64,000 bases of DNA, taken from Rhodospirillaceae bacterium. GTDB lineage: Bacteria > Pseudomonadota > Alphaproteobacteria > SHVP01. A model generated the notes under the pieces. It did no database searches. It saw nothing but the letters and a program-made list of their open reading frames with translations, and was not told the DNA's origin. Positions 20,124 to 31,299 of the stretch are shown in pieces. How positions within the stretch are numbered: the stretch's first letter is position 1; every line of letters starts with the position of its first letter. Made by a program: the position numbers and the translations under genes. Location: positions 7,049-71,048 of the forward strand of contig PBKD01000004.1 of NCBI GenBank assembly GCA_002722055.1. Reading direction: 5' to 3'.

Positions 20124-22052
20124 TTAAGAGTTAGGTTGAGGGGAAGGTTTAAAACCACCAGTCTTTGGTCCCTTTTTATTAGATGAAGGGACAGAAGATA
20201 TTGTGCTTCCTTTACTCTGTTCTATATCACTATCTTCTTCTCTATTTAATTCTTTACCATCGAGAATTAATTTTATTTCATCTCCTGTTAATGTTTCATA
20301 TTCAAGCAAAGATTTTGCTAATTTATGAAGCCCATCCATATTTTCCTCAAGAATCTTTCTTGCTGCTTCATTCGCTTCATTAACAATCCTTTTAACTTCT
20401 TCATCAATCAACTGAGCAGTGCTTTCAGAAACATTTTTCTTTTGAGCAACAGAGTGACCTAGGAAAACTTCTTCTTCATTATCTCCATATCTTAACGGGC
20501 CAAGTTTTTCGCTCATCCCCCACTCAGTAACCATCCTCCTAGCTAAATCTGTTGCCATTTTAATATCACTTGAGGCACCTGTAGTGATTTTTTCAATGCC
20601 AAAGATCAGCTCTTCTGCCAACCTACCTCCAAATGCTATAGCCAGAGAATCTTTTAGATATTCTTGAGATTGAGAATATTTGTCTTTTTCTGGAAGCCTC
20701 TGCACAAGACCTAGCGCTCTTCCTCTTGGTATTATTGTAGCTTTATGAATAGGATCTGTTGCTTTACAATGAACTGTTACTAGAGCATGGCCTGCTTCAT
20801 GATATGCTGTTAATTCCTTCTCATCATCAGACATAACCATCGACCTTCTTTCAGCTCCCATCATTACCTTGTCTTTTGCATCCTCAAACTCAAGCATAGT
20901 AACTACTTTTTTACCCTTTCTTGCAGCCCATAATGCAGCTTCATTTACTAAGTTAGCTAAATCAGCTCCGGAAAAACCAGGAGTACCCCTTGCAATTGTT
21001 CTAGCCACTACATCAGGACCTAGTGTAACTTTTTTCATATGAACTTTTAGAATTTTTTCTCTACCGAGTATATCTGGATTTGGTACAACAACCTGTCTGT
21101 CAAACCGGCCGGGCCTTAGAAGGGCAGGATCTAATACATCTGGTCTGTTTGTAGCAGCGATCAGTATCACCCCTTCATTTGCTTCAAATCCATCCATTTC
21201 AACTAAAAGTTGATTGAGTGTTTGCTCTCTCTCATCATTTCCACCGCCCAGTCCAGCACCTCTGTGTCTTCCTACAGCATCTATTTCGTCAACAAAAATA
21301 ATACAAGGAGCGTTTTTTTTAGCCTGCTCGAACATATCCCTCACTCTGCTCGCCCCTACTCCTACAAACATCTCAACAAAATCAGAACCTGATATGGTAA
21401 AAAAGGGAACATTAGCCTCTCCAGCTATGGCTCTTGCAAGGAGGGTTTTACCGGTACCTGGAGGCCCTACAAGAAGTGCACCTTTAGGAATTTTACCTCC
21501 AAGGCGCTGAAATTTTTGGGGATCTTTTAAATAATCAACTATTTCTTCTAACTCTTCTTTAGCTTCATCTATCCCAGCAACATCTTGAAATGTTACTTTA
21601 CCATGTTTTTCTGTTAGCAACCTTGCTCGCGACTTACCAAAACCCATAGCACGACCACCACCTCCTTGCATTTGGCGCATAAAAAATATCCAAACCCCTA
21701 TAAGCAAAAGCATTGGGAACCAAGCAATTAGTATATCAATTATACCAGGCCTTCCTTTTTCCAGAGGAATGGCGCGTATCAAAACTCCTTGATCCGTAAG
21801 TGTTTTAACTAAATTAGGGTCATTTGGCGCATAGGTATTGAATTCCCTTCCGTCATTTAAATTACCAGATATCGAATTACCCTTTATGGTAACTTCCCTT
21901 ACTTGTCCTGCCTTAACCTCAGCTATAAACTCAGAAAATGCTAAATCGCGCTTAATGCTTTCTGGGTCTGAGCTTTGAAAAAGCTGATACATTGCTATTA
22001 CAACTAAAGCAATTATTGCCCAGAGGGCTATATTTTTTCCAAAATTATTCAA
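20124..22052 (-). CDS. ftsH: ATP-dependent zinc metalloprotease FtsH
   Basis: Two N-terminal TM helices, AAA Walker A 'GPPGTGKT', SRH, and the zinc site 'HEAGHAL'. The track start is TTG. Confidence 0.95.
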   Translation of the reverse strand: MNNFGKNIALWAIIALVVIAMYQLFQSSDPESIKRDLAFSEFIAEVKAGQVREVTIKGNSISGNLNDGREFNTYAPNDPNLVKTLTDQGVLIRAIPLEKGRPGIIDILIAWFPMLLLIGVWIFFMRQMQGGGGRAMGFGKSRARLLTEKHGKVTFQDVAGIDEAKEELEEIVDYLKDPQKFQRLGGKIPKGALLVGPPGTGKTLLARAIAGEANVPFFTISGSDFVEMFVGVGASRVRDMFEQAKKNAPCIIFVDEIDAVGRHRGAGLGGGNDEREQTLNQLLVEMDGFEANEGVILIAATNRPDVLDPALLRPGRFDRQVVVPNPDILGREKILKVHMKKVTLGPDVVARTIARGTPGFSGADLANLVNEAALWAARKGKKVVTMLEFEDAKDKVMMGAERRSMVMSDDEKELTAYHEAGHALVTVHCKATDPIHKATIIPRGRALGLVQRLPEKDKYSQSQEYLKDSLAIAFGGRLAEELIFGIEKITTGASSDIKMATDLARRMVTEWGMSEKLGPLRYGDNEEEVFLGHSVAQKKNVSESTAQLIDEEVKRIVNEANEAARKILEENMDGLHKLAKSLLEYETLTGDEIKLILDGKELNREEDSDIEQSKGSTISSVPSSNKKGPKTGGFKPSPQPNS

Positions 22053-22116
22053 GGGAAATACCTCTCTAATTCAAACGATAATAAAAAACTACAATTACAT
22101 AAATAGGTTATTTATT

Positions 22117-23358
22117 TTAATTTACAACTGCAAAACCTGGTGGAGACAAAGATTGAATGGGAGAAAAATTAGCAGTAAAGTCTAAATCCCGATACAAACT
22201 GACCCCTAAATTAGGAATTGAAATAACCCTATCTTTTTCCCAAAGGGCAGGCAAACTTAATAAAGCCTCTTTAGGAATATCAGATTGATGATTATAATAA
22301 CCTGCATTTGTTACCTGATCAAAACCCTTTCTACCAAGTCTCCTCAATTTAAGCTGTTTTCCGTAATTTTTCGTCATTTTTATCTTAAATCTTCTATCCC
22401 AAATCATTAATTCATTGTCTATTTCAATTTTTTTTGGCTCTATATTTCTTATTTCTCTTATAAAAAATAAATTATTACTTTTTTTTATTATTAAACACCC
22501 TCCAAGAGTTTTTGAAGTAAAAGATTTGGCAAAATGGTCTGATATCCTTTTTAAACCTGTTAAAGAAGGAGGATATTCTAGTCCAGCTACGGTAATAATT
22601 GACCTAGATAAAATTTGCTCTCTAAATTCTTTTTTAAGTTTAACAAATTGATTAAAATTAAATTTTACGAAGCCTAGTTGATTAACTTCTGCATTTAGAG
22701 CAAAATATTTACTCATTAATTTTTCAAAATTAATTCTTTTTTTTGCAACTAATTTATCCACTTTCCAATTATTTTCAGATAAATAATTTCGAGCTTTTAC
22801 TCTAAAAAATAAATTGTTCTTATTAGCTTCATCTTCAATCCATGATATTTTATTTGCCAATAAGTATTTTTTTAAATCATTCGGATCTAAATTTAATATA
22901 GGCCTTAAAAGTCTAAAACAATTAAACTCCCTTATAGCGCTCATTCCTGCCATACCAATGAAACCACTATCTCTCCAACTTCGCATCAAACATGTCTCTT
23001 TTTGATCTAAACTATGATGACCAACTAAGAGATGAAAAATATTATTTTTTTCACAAAAATTAGCCAAAAGTTTATAACGATAATTTCTAGCAAGTTCTTG
23101 AATTTTGGATTTAGGTTTTGGGCCTCGATATTTTATAATTTCATGCTGTATTTTTAATTTTTTCAGTTGTCTCTTAACAACAAGAGCTTCTTTATATGAA
23201 TTATCCCGTAATGAATGATCAACTGTAACACCTATTACTGAACCTCCATAAATTCTGGTCCAATTTTTCGCTAACAAAACTAGAGCAAGGCTATCTGAGC
23301 CACCAGATACAGCAACAGCAATTTTGGGATTTATCTCAAATGGAAAAAAGGTTTCCAT
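22117..23358 (-). CDS. tilS: tRNA(Ile)-lysidine synthetase
   Basis: PP-loop 'AVAVSGGSDSLAL'. The track start at 23418 is TTG. I prefer the ATG at 'METFFPF...', which removes the apparent overlap with cpoB. Confidence 0.8.
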   Translation of the reverse strand: METFFPFEINPKIAVAVSGGSDSLALVLLAKNWTRIYGGSVIGVTVDHSLRDNSYKEALVVKRQLKKLKIQHEIIKYRGPKPKSKIQELARNYRYKLLANFCEKNNIFHLLVGHHSLDQKETCLMRSWRDSGFIGMAGMSAIREFNCFRLLRPILNLDPNDLKKYLLANKISWIEDEANKNNLFFRVKARNYLSENNWKVDKLVAKKRINFEKLMSKYFALNAEVNQLGFVKFNFNQFVKLKKEFREQILSRSIITVAGLEYPPSLTGLKRISDHFAKSFTSKTLGGCLIIKKSNNLFFIREIRNIEPKKIEIDNELMIWDRRFKIKMTKNYGKQLKLRRLGRKGFDQVTNAGYYNHQSDIPKEALLSLPALWEKDRVISIPNLGVSLYRDLDFTANFSPIQSLSPPGFAVVN

Positions 23359-23401
23359 ATTCTTTGAGAATTTGGCCTCTAAAAAATTGACTAAATTAGT
23401 T

Positions 23402-24388
23402 TTAGTTTTTACAACCAATTCTTACCGATTCCTGCAAAGCTCTCCTCCTTATCCTAGAGTTTGCTTCAGGAAACTTTAAAAGAAGCTCTTCGAATGACTC
23501 ACAGGCTTCACTAGAGTTCCCTAATTCTCCTAGAGACATACCTAATTTTAAGAGGCTATCAGGAGCTTTATTACCAAGAGGAAATAATTTGTAGCTGTCT
23601 ATAAAAGCACCAGCAGCTTCTGCATAACTCTTTTTAACGTAGTAAACCTCCCCTAACCAATAAAAAGCATTACTTGATAGCTTATGATCTTTATTCAATC
23701 GAATAAATTCTTTAAACGCTAATTCAGCTTCTTGATAATCCAATTTCATTAATAAACTTCTTGCGTAAGCATACTGTTTTTCAGGGCCTAAATCAGGAAG
23801 TATAGACTCTATCTTTAAAGATGATGTCTCTTCTTTAGATATTTCACTATTATCTTTAGAAGATTCATAATTTTTTTCAGTCTCTGAAAGAGTATTCTCG
23901 CTAAACTCATTATTCTTTTTAAGAGGCGCTTTAAGTTTATTCACTATAGTTTCGATCGACTTTAGTCGAAAATCTAAATCTTCTACAAGCTTATCTATCC
24001 TCTGCCTCATTACATTAACATCATTTCCAGCTCTTTCCACGGAACCTGTTAACTTTCTGATTTCAGCTTCTAACTCAGACATTCTTAGCTCGTTAGCAGT
24101 CATTCTTTGAATAAATGGACTGTCACTAGAATTCCCTTGTGAAACAAGTTCATTTGAATTTGAATTGATTTTAGAATCGTTTCTATAGAGTAATCTTGAA
24201 ATATCTTGTAAGCTTCTTTCTAAGCTATCCAGCCGATTACTTAAGACTCTTACATTGTTAACAGAGTTATTTGAATTGAATTCTGGATTGGATAAAGTTT
24301 CCTGGGCAAAAGACAGACCATAAATAAATTGAAAATATAATATAATTAAAAGAGATATTAATATTTTACAATAATTTAATAAAAACAT
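23402..24388 (-). CDS. cpoB: Tol-Pal system protein CpoB/YbgF (coiled-coil plus C-terminal TPR)
   Basis: Signal peptide, central coiled coil, C-terminal TPR repeats ('AFYWLGEVYYVKKSYAEAAGAF') and a position directly after pal. The track TTG start is at 24418 and the ATG at 24388 gives a clean signal peptide. Confidence 0.7.
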   Translation of the reverse strand: MFLLNYCKILISLLIILYFQFIYGLSFAQETLSNPEFNSNNSVNNVRVLSNRLDSLERSLQDISRLLYRNDSKINSNSNELVSQGNSSDSPFIQRMTANELRMSELEAEIRKLTGSVERAGNDVNVMRQRIDKLVEDLDFRLKSIETIVNKLKAPLKKNNEFSENTLSETEKNYESSKDNSEISKEETSSLKIESILPDLGPEKQYAYARSLLMKLDYQEAELAFKEFIRLNKDHKLSSNAFYWLGEVYYVKKSYAEAAGAFIDSYKLFPLGNKAPDSLLKLGMSLGELGNSSEACESFEELLLKFPEANSRIRRRALQESVRIGCKN

Positions 24389-24459
24389 ATTTGATCCAAT
24401 AAGACATTTGATAGGCAAATATATATATCTAAATTAAGGCATAAATTTGGTAAGGTCTA

Positions 24460-24490
24460 TTTGCTCACCAGTTTTACTCTGGTGAGCAAA
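24460..24490 (-). other. perfect 12-13 bp GC-containing inverted repeat (stem-loop) in the pal-cpoB spacer
   Basis: TTTGCTCACCAG-ttttact-CTGGTGAGCAAA is read directly from the sequence. A second AT-only 10-bp hairpin lies at about 24510-24533. Neither is followed by a U-tract. Confidence 0.4.
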
Positions 24491-24544
24491 TCAAAAATAC
24501 TAATAGTTATTAAGATAAAATAATTTATCTTAATTTAAAAAAAC

Positions 24545-25069
24545 CTATTGAGCTCTTACCCTAGTAACTCCACGCCTATTTTGACTCCAAGCTGTATCAT
24601 TGGAGCCTAAAGCTACAGGTTTTTCTTTGCCGTATGATATGGTCATTATCCTTGCACCATTAATTCCAAGCGCAACTAGAAAATTACTTACAGCAGTAGC
24701 TCTTCTTTCTCCAAGAGCTAAGTTATATTCTCTAGTGCCTCTCTCATCACAATGACCTTCAACTGTAATACTTACATTTGAATACCTTTTCAACCAAGCA
24801 GCTTGCCTTTCTAATGTTCGTCTAGCTTCAGGTGTTAGATCTGAACTATCGTATTCAAAAAGAACACGATCACCTACATTAGAAACAAGATCAGCCTGAC
24901 TGCCAGGCAATATCTCCGCTGATTTTGATTGTGATGATTCCACAGATGATGATGATGATGATTTCGTGCTTTCTCCGCTTCCTCCAGCCCCAGAGTCAGT
25001 ATCTGTAACTGTAGTACAAGCCGAAGCTACGAAAAGTGCGGCTATTGCCATGATGAACTTCAAACGCAT
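24545..25069 (-). CDS. pal: peptidoglycan-associated lipoprotein Pal (OmpA-like domain)
   Basis: Lipobox 'FVASAC', a Ser-rich linker, and the OmpA_C motif 'TVEGHCDERGTREYNLALGERRA'. Confidence 0.9.
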   Translation of the reverse strand: MRLKFIMAIAALFVASACTTVTDTDSGAGGSGESTKSSSSSSVESSQSKSAEILPGSQADLVSNVGDRVLFEYDSSDLTPEARRTLERQAAWLKRYSNVSITVEGHCDERGTREYNLALGERRATAVSNFLVALGINGARIMTISYGKEKPVALGSNDTAWSQNRRGVTRVRAQ

Positions 25070-25266
25070 CTATTTCTCCGTCGCCAAAAATTGACAAATA
25101 CTTATTGCTATCTTAACAAAAAAAAACGAATTTGATAAGATTCAAGAGTGATTTTTTACTTTTACTACTCTATTTCAATTTAATCAACTGAGCTTTTAAA
25201 CCTCTATTGGTCATCTGTCCAGCCAGATTATTGAAAAATAAGCCATTTTCATTAAAAATCTTTTAT

Positions 25267-26595
25267 CTATCTGACTGAGGATAATGGAGACCATGCTGGA
25301 TCTGACGCATCTAAAGGGGTTATAAGCCTTCTTTCGTTAAATCCAGTTAGGTCTACTGACCAGAGGCTAAATGAGCCACCAGTCCCATCTGACTTACTAG
25401 GTTTTTGCCTAAAAAACATCAAAACCCTTCCATTTGGTGACCAAGTAGGACCTTCATCCAGAAAACTCTCTGTTAAAAGCCTTTCTCCAGATCCATCAAC
25501 TCTCATAATACCAATATGAAATCTACCCTTATAAAATTTAGTAAACGCTATTAAATCTCCTCTGGGTGACCATACTGGGGTAGCATACCTCCCTTTCCCA
25601 AAAGATATTCTTTTTTGCTGTTTCCCGTTGGCTTTCATCACATATAGCTGCTGTGTACCACTCCTGTCAGAATTAAAAACTACCCTAGTCCCGTCGGGAG
25701 AAAAAGATGCAGAGGTATCAATTGAAGGACTTTTTGTTAACCTCTGAACTTTCCTAGTTCTGATATCCATAGTGTAAATATCAGAATTACCACTTAATGC
25801 TAAACTCATTATAACTTGGTTTCCATCAGGTGAAAAACGTGGGGCAAAAGTCATTCCAGGAAAGTCTCCAAGAATTTCTTGTTGTCCAGTATCTATATTA
25901 TAAATATAAACACGAGGTTTTTTGTTAAAATAACTTAGATATGTTATCTCTTGACGTGTAGGGGAAAATCTTGGAGTGAGAACTAAATGCTTACCATCAG
26001 TTAAAAATTTATGATTTTCTCCATCTAAATCCATTATTGCAAGTCTTTTAACTCGTTTGGTTGCAGGACCAGCTTCTGATACATAAACTATTCTTGTATC
26101 AAAATAACCTTTTTCACCAGTAAGCCTCTCATATATTTGGTCAGATATTATATGTGCTATTCTTCTCCAATTTGTTGGATTAGTTTTATAAACTAAACCG
26201 GTCATTTGCTGTTCAGCAAATGTATCCCACAATCTAAAAGACACATTTAGCCTCCCATCTGATTCAATTTTAGTTGAGCCAGTTACTAATGCTTGAGCAT
26301 TTATGACTCTCCAATCACCAAATCTTGGCCTTTCAACTATACTTTCTGTATCTTCAATAAATGACTTTCTATCCAGTGGTAAAAATAAGCCTGAGCGCGC
26401 AAGATTATTGCTAATAACATCTGAAATTTTTTTTCCTGTATTTTCATTTTTAGCATCAAAGTCTGTTGAATTGAATACTGAGATAGCAATAGGAAGAGGG
26501 TCTATATTCCCTCTTGTTATATCTATTTCGACTTGAGAATGTGCAAGCTTCGTCGAAATGAAAATAATAAGTAAAATTAAAATAGTTCTTTGCAT
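25267..26595 (-). CDS. tolB: Tol-Pal system beta-propeller protein TolB
   Basis: TolB N-domain plus WD40-like propeller repeats. I prefer the start at 'MQRTILILL' (signal peptide). The longer track ORF overlaps tolA. Confidence 0.9.
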   Translation of the reverse strand: MQRTILILLIIFISTKLAHSQVEIDITRGNIDPLPIAISVFNSTDFDAKNENTGKKISDVISNNLARSGLFLPLDRKSFIEDTESIVERPRFGDWRVINAQALVTGSTKIESDGRLNVSFRLWDTFAEQQMTGLVYKTNPTNWRRIAHIISDQIYERLTGEKGYFDTRIVYVSEAGPATKRVKRLAIMDLDGENHKFLTDGKHLVLTPRFSPTRQEITYLSYFNKKPRVYIYNIDTGQQEILGDFPGMTFAPRFSPDGNQVIMSLALSGNSDIYTMDIRTRKVQRLTKSPSIDTSASFSPDGTRVVFNSDRSGTQQLYVMKANGKQQKRISFGKGRYATPVWSPRGDLIAFTKFYKGRFHIGIMRVDGSGERLLTESFLDEGPTWSPNGRVLMFFRQKPSKSDGTGGSFSLWSVDLTGFNERRLITPLDASDPAWSPLSSVR

Positions 26596-26639
26596 ATAAT
26601 ATCTCACTGTAAATATTCTATTTTTATAATAAAAAAGTA

Positions 26640-27518
26640 TCAACCACCTAATAATTGTTTTGGGTTAAATGTAAGGGTAATATCACGCCAAGCATCATAT
26701 TTTGCTTTTGGCAAGCCCGTAAATGGCTGTGCTTTATATACCGCACGAATAGCACTATCAGCTGCGGCTCTAAAAAATGTATCTTTAAGTTTGCCTGAAT
26801 TTACTATAACAGGAACCCCCCTCAAGGTCCCATCTAGGTTTAAACCAATTCTTAATTTAATTACTAAATCAACAGCATCCCTGGCACCAGAGGGAGGCGT
26901 CCAATTCTTCTCAATCTGATACCTTATTAGATCTATATCTCTCATAGTTAAACGAGATGATATGCGAGCATTTTTTATTAATCTCTTTTTTTTATCTATC
27001 TCATTAAGAACACCATCAGTTAGTTTTGGCTTATTGAGAAAATTATTTTCTTTCTTTTTTTCTATATTTTTATCTTCATCAATTTTTTTTCTAGACTTAT
27101 CAATCAAAAGAGAAATTCTATTTGTATCAAAGTCTTTAACTTTTTTTGGAGGTTTAGGCTTCAACCTTGGTCTTAACTTAGTTTGATCAATGTAATTATC
27201 TTTTATTATATTTTTTTTTACTTTAGGTTTTTGTTTAGGCTCAAAAATCTCGACAACTTCTTTATTTTGAGCCTCCTGAATTTGTGAAACCGGTTTAACA
27301 ATTGGTTTTGATTTTATGCTTTGCTTTTCTTTATTAATTTTCTTTGGTTTACTTTTAACTTCTTTTAAAGAAGTTAAATCTTCCTCAAGAGCTACTAATT
27401 CAACAATGATTGGCTCTTCATTTTTTGGCTTATTATTAAGAAGGTCGGGCAATGTAACCCACATAGATCCCAAGACAAGGATATGGAAAGTAACAGAGAA
27501 TATAACTGGTATTCGCAT
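26640..27518 (-). CDS. tolA: TolA (N-terminal TM anchor, Lys-rich helical domain, C-terminal TolA domain III)
   Basis: TM anchor, an extended K/E/P-rich region, a conserved C-terminal domain, and a position between tolR and tolB. Confidence 0.75.
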   Translation of the reverse strand: MRIPVIFSVTFHILVLGSMWVTLPDLLNNKPKNEEPIIVELVALEEDLTSLKEVKSKPKKINKEKQSIKSKPIVKPVSQIQEAQNKEVVEIFEPKQKPKVKKNIIKDNYIDQTKLRPRLKPKPPKKVKDFDTNRISLLIDKSRKKIDEDKNIEKKKENNFLNKPKLTDGVLNEIDKKKRLIKNARISSRLTMRDIDLIRYQIEKNWTPPSGARDAVDLVIKLRIGLNLDGTLRGVPVIVNSGKLKDTFFRAAADSAIRAVYKAQPFTGLPKAKYDAWRDITLTFNPKQLLGG

Positions 27519-27538
27519 AGAATATATATATCCTATTG

Positions 27539-27964
27539 TTATGGCTTTTCTGTGATTAATGAAACCTTATTGAAACCAGCAGCTGTAATTTCAGACATAA
27601 CTTCCATAACTTTCCCGTAATCAATGTTTTTATCTCCTCTTATAAAAATCCTAGAATCCTGTCGATTATTCGAAATTGCCTTTAGCCTTGCTGTTAAAGT
27701 GTTTAATTCAACTTCTGTATCTTGAATAAAAATCTTTCCACTACTGTCTATGGTAATAGCTAAAGGCTCATCTTTACCTGGGATAGCTTTAGCTTTAGTT
27801 TTAGGCAAGTCTACTGACACACCAACTGTTAATAGTGGTGCTGTCACCATAAAAATAACCAAAAGAACTAACATTACATCTACAAATGGAGTTACATTAA
27901 TTTCTGACATAGGCTTATATGAAGTACTTTTTTGTTGTTTTTTTTCTGCAAGAAAAGCAGTCAT
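27539..27964 (-). CDS. tolR: TolR (ExbD/TolR family)
   Basis: 'VTPFVDVMLVLLVIFMV' TM helix with the conserved Asp. Overlaps tolQ by 4 nt. Confidence 0.85.
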   Translation of the reverse strand: MTAFLAEKKQQKSTSYKPMSEINVTPFVDVMLVLLVIFMVTAPLLTVGVSVDLPKTKAKAIPGKDEPLAITIDSSGKIFIQDTEVELNTLTARLKAISNNRQDSRIFIRGDKNIDYGKVMEVMSEITAAGFNKVSLITEKP

Positions 27965-28689
27965 TTGGCAGACCTTTCCTCAAGCTGCCTAAGCAAAATT
28001 GATGAAAACTCTGCAGCAAAACCATCTAAACGGTTAGCTAATCTGTTCAAATCATTTGAAAATTTATTATAAGCTATGACAGCAGGAATTGCAGCAACAA
28101 GACCAATTGCTGTTGCAAATAGTGCTTCAGCAATTCCTGGGGCAACGACAACTAAACTTGTATTTTCGCTGGAAGCAATTGACTGAAAACTATTCATAAT
28201 ACCCCAAACAGTTCCAAATAAGCCTACAAATGGAGCCGTTGAACCAACAGTTGCCAAAAATCCCAGATATTTCTCTAGATTTTCAACTTCCCTGCTTATG
28301 GTTAATCTCATAATTTGACTTAAACGGTCTTTAAAACTTGCATTTAGTTGACCTAATTTTGAAACCTTACTTGTCCTTTTCCACTCCTTCATAACAGAGA
28401 CGAACAAGAGAGCCATTGGATGATCAGCCCCTGATTTTAAATTATCATATAATTCTTCAAGAGAACTCCCTGACCAAAATTTATCCTCAAATTCTTCGGT
28501 TTTTTGTGAGATATCTCTTAATTTTTTAACCTTATCAAAAATTATTGCCCAGGACCAAATTGAGGCAGAAACCAAAATTAAGAGGACTAATTTTACAATA
28601 AAGTCAGCTTTATATATTAATGACCAAATTGATAAATCAGCTGAAACGGAACCAGCGATCGATACGGCTTCTACTGCTTGTTGCTCCAT
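27961..28689 (-). CDS. tolQ: TolQ (MotA/TolQ/ExbB proton channel)
   Basis: Three TM helices and the signature 'PFVGLFGTVWGIM'. Confidence 0.9.
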   Translation of the reverse strand: MEQQAVEAVSIAGSVSADLSIWSLIYKADFIVKLVLLILVSASIWSWAIIFDKVKKLRDISQKTEEFEDKFWSGSSLEELYDNLKSGADHPMALLFVSVMKEWKRTSKVSKLGQLNASFKDRLSQIMRLTISREVENLEKYLGFLATVGSTAPFVGLFGTVWGIMNSFQSIASSENTSLVVVAPGIAEALFATAIGLVAAIPAVIAYNKFSNDLNRLANRLDGFAAEFSSILLRQLEERSAK

Positions 28690-28715
28690 ATTAATACTCT
28701 TTCTAAGTAAACTAA

Positions 28716-29138
28716 TTATTTATCTTTTAAAATATTATATATTTTATCTGGTAAAACAATAGCATGACCAGTCTGAGATATACATGCTAAATTAATTATA
28801 CTTTTAACCAAGACCTTCCCACCTATCTCTATCTTTTGGTCAAATTGAATTATTTCTTTTTTTAAACGCTTTATATATGAAATTACCTCTATCTCATCAT
28901 TAAATTTAGCTGGTGATATAAATTTTAAATCACAACTTCTTACTACAAAATAAATCTTTAAAATGTCAGAAATATGATTAAGTTCATATCCCATAACCCT
29001 AAAAAACTCTGTTCTTGCCCTCTCAAAATATTTCAAATAATTAGCATAGTATACCAAACCCAAGGAGTCTGTATCTTCATAATAAATTCTAATTAAAAAT
29101 TTTTGTTTATTTTGATTCAATAAATTAATCCAGTTCAA
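28716..29138 (-). CDS. ybgC: Tol-Pal-associated acyl-CoA thioesterase YbgC (4HBT hot-dog)
   Basis: '[28 protein letters not shown]' 4HBT motif, directly upstream of tolQ. The track start is TTG. Confidence 0.8.
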   Translation of the reverse strand: MNWINLLNQNKQKFLIRIYYEDTDSLGLVYYANYLKYFERARTEFFRVMGYELNHISDILKIYFVVRSCDLKFISPAKFNDEIEVISYIKRLKKEIIQFDQKIEIGGKVLVKSIINLACISQTGHAIVLPDKIYNILKDK

Positions 29139-30159
29139 ACTCTGACTGAAAAGACTTAGGCATCTTAATTTTTAAATGTTTAAATGCATTAATAGTTAAA
29201 ACTCGCCCCCTAGGAGTCCTTTGAATCAAACCTATTTGAATAAGATAAGGCTCGATAATTTCTTCAATAGCATCACGAGGCTCAGACAAAGCTGCTGCAA
29301 TAGTCTCAATACCAACCGGACCACCGGAATAATTCTTAGCTATACACAATAAATATTTTTTATCCATAGCGTCTAATCCAATAAAATCAACATCCAGACG
29401 ACCTAGAGCATCACTAGCTACATTTTTATTTATGACCTTTGCCTTAGTTACCACTGCTACATCTCTAACCCTTTTTAACAACCTATGAGCAATTCTTGGA
29501 GTGCCCCTGGAACGACAGGCAATCTCTTTCGCTCCCTCATTTTCTAATTTAATATCAAGTAACTTAGAACCTCTCTTAACTATATTTACTAAATCATTAA
29601 CATCATAAAAGTTTAGTCTAAGGGGAATTCCAAACCTTTCTCTTAAGGGTGTAGTTAATAATCCAGACCTAGTGGTTGCGCCTACTAGAGTAAATTTTGG
29701 TAAATCAATTCTGACTGATCTAGCTGCCGGCCCTTCGCCAATAATTAGATCTAAGTTAAAGTCTTCCATAGCTGGATACAATATCTCCTCAACTGAGGGA
29801 GATAATCTATGAATTTCATCAATAAACAAAACATCTCTCTCATTAAGATTAGTTAAAATAGCAGCAAGGTCACCAGATTTAGAAATTATTGGGCCTGCTG
29901 TTGCTCTAAAGTTAACACCCAATTCCTTAGCAACAATTTGAGCTAAAGTTGTCTTGCCTAAGCCTGGGGGACCAACAAATAAAACGTGGTCAAGAGCTTC
30001 TGATCTTGATTTGGCAGCTTCAACAAAGATACTGAGGTTATCGCATAATTTAGACTGGCCTATAAAATCTTTCAGTTGTGTTGGTCTAATCCCAAACTCT
30101 TCTTCTTTAGAGCTTTGAGCTTTTGAGTCAACTAGCCTCTTTTCATTGTTTTCTTCCAT
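29125..30159 (-). CDS. ruvB: Holliday junction branch-migration helicase RuvB
   Basis: AAA+ '[11 protein letters not shown]', 'FIDEIHRL', and a winged-helix C-terminus. The second codon is ATG (the track start 30162 is TTG). Confidence 0.95.
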   Translation of the reverse strand: MEENNEKRLVDSKAQSSKEEEFGIRPTQLKDFIGQSKLCDNLSIFVEAAKSRSEALDHVLFVGPPGLGKTTLAQIVAKELGVNFRATAGPIISKSGDLAAILTNLNERDVLFIDEIHRLSPSVEEILYPAMEDFNLDLIIGEGPAARSVRIDLPKFTLVGATTRSGLLTTPLRERFGIPLRLNFYDVNDLVNIVKRGSKLLDIKLENEGAKEIACRSRGTPRIAHRLLKRVRDVAVVTKAKVINKNVASDALGRLDVDFIGLDAMDKKYLLCIAKNYSGGPVGIETIAAALSEPRDAIEEIIEPYLIQIGLIQRTPRGRVLTINAFKHLKIKMPKSFQSEFELD

Positions 30160-30776
30160 CAATTCAAATCACTTCTTTTATTGAGACGTTTCAAAGATTC
30201 CCTTATTAAACCCTCTAAGCCGATATCATTCTTTTCAGAAATTAGCAAAGCTAAAACCCGATCAATATCAGTTTTTCTAAAACCTAAATTTATAAGAGCA
30301 GACTCAGCATTAATAATGTCTTCTTTATCATTTGGCAGAGTGTATTCATTTAATTTTTGCTCAATAATTAAACTACTAGGAACTTTGTCTTTTAGCTCAT
30401 TCACAATTCTCTGAGCTAATTTGGGCCCTATTCCGGAAACTTTTGCAAAAGCACTTTTATCCTGTTCCGAAATTAACCTAGATAATATACTTGTTTCATA
30501 TAAAGACTGAATAGCCAGAGCAACCTTTGCACCTACACCTTGAACGGAAATTAGAATTTTAAACCACTGTTGCTCTTTTAAACTATTAAAACCGTAAAGA
30601 TGAAAATGATCTTCCCTAATGTGAGTTTCTATAAAAAGACTTAACTCCGAAAATTTTTTTGGTGCTTTATCAATAGTTTTTTGACTACAAAAAATTAAAT
30701 AACCAACCCCTTTAACATCAAGAATTAACCAACCCTCACCTACTTCTTCAACTAAACCTGTTAATTTTGCAATCAT
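30159..30776 (-). CDS. ruvA: Holliday junction DNA helicase RuvA
   Basis: '[21 protein letters not shown]...GVGY' N-terminus and HhH motifs '[10 protein letters not shown]', '[11 protein letters not shown]'. Confidence 0.9.
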   Translation of the reverse strand: MIAKLTGLVEEVGEGWLILDVKGVGYLIFCSQKTIDKAPKKFSELSLFIETHIREDHFHLYGFNSLKEQQWFKILISVQGVGAKVALAIQSLYETSILSRLISEQDKSAFAKVSGIGPKLAQRIVNELKDKVPSSLIIEQKLNEYTLPNDKEDIINAESALINLGFRKTDIDRVLALLISEKNDIGLEGLIRESLKRLNKRSDLN

Positions 30777-31279
30777 TTATTAACTTTCAAATTAGCAGCT
30801 AATATAGATTTACTTGAGCTGTAGTGACTATGACAGATAGCTACAGCCAGTGCATCTGCAGCATCGTAGCCATTGATTATACAACCAGGAAGCAAATGTT
30901 CTACCATAACCCTAACTTGTTCTTTGTGAGCATGCCCTTTACCAACTAAAGATTTTTTTATTTTGGTTGTTGAGTATTCACTGACAGGTATTCCATAATT
31001 TGCCGGTACTAATAATGAGATACCACGTGCTTGTCCAAGCTTAAGAGTTGAATTAGGGTTTTTATTAAGAAACACCTCCTCCACAGCAGCTGAATTAGGT
31101 GAGTATGATTCTACTATCGCAAGAAGAGACTGATAAATTAAAGATAATTTTTCTGGTAATTCTTTTTCTCTGGATATTTTTATAACTCCATTACCCACAT
31201 GACTAAGAGCTGAACCAGAAATTCTGATTAAACCCCAACCTGTATTATTAAGTCCTGGGTCTAAGCCTAAAATCAACAT
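30773..31279 (-). CDS. ruvC: crossover junction endodeoxyribonuclease RuvC
   Basis: 'ILGLDPGLNNTGWGLI' with the catalytic Asp, and an RNase H-like fold of about 168 aa. Confidence 0.9.
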   Translation of the reverse strand: MLILGLDPGLNNTGWGLIRISGSALSHVGNGVIKISREKELPEKLSLIYQSLLAIVESYSPNSAAVEEVFLNKNPNSTLKLGQARGISLLVPANYGIPVSEYSTTKIKKSLVGKGHAHKEQVRVMVEHLLPGCIINGYDAADALAVAICHSHYSSSKSILAANLKVNK

Positions 31280-31299
31280 TTGAATCTCAAAAGTATCAT

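Noticed and set aside
23402-23418. Apparent 17-bp overlap of tilS and cpoB, and a 48-bp overlap of tolB with tolA (26596-26643)
   Set aside because: Both come from the track extending ORFs to upstream TTG/GTG codons. tilS most plausibly starts at the ATG 'METFF...' (23358) and tolB at 'MQRTIL...' (26595), which leaves ordinary short spacers.
26640-27518. Lys/Pro/Glu-rich repeats in tolA as a novel repeat protein
   Set aside because: This is the normal composition of TolA domain II.
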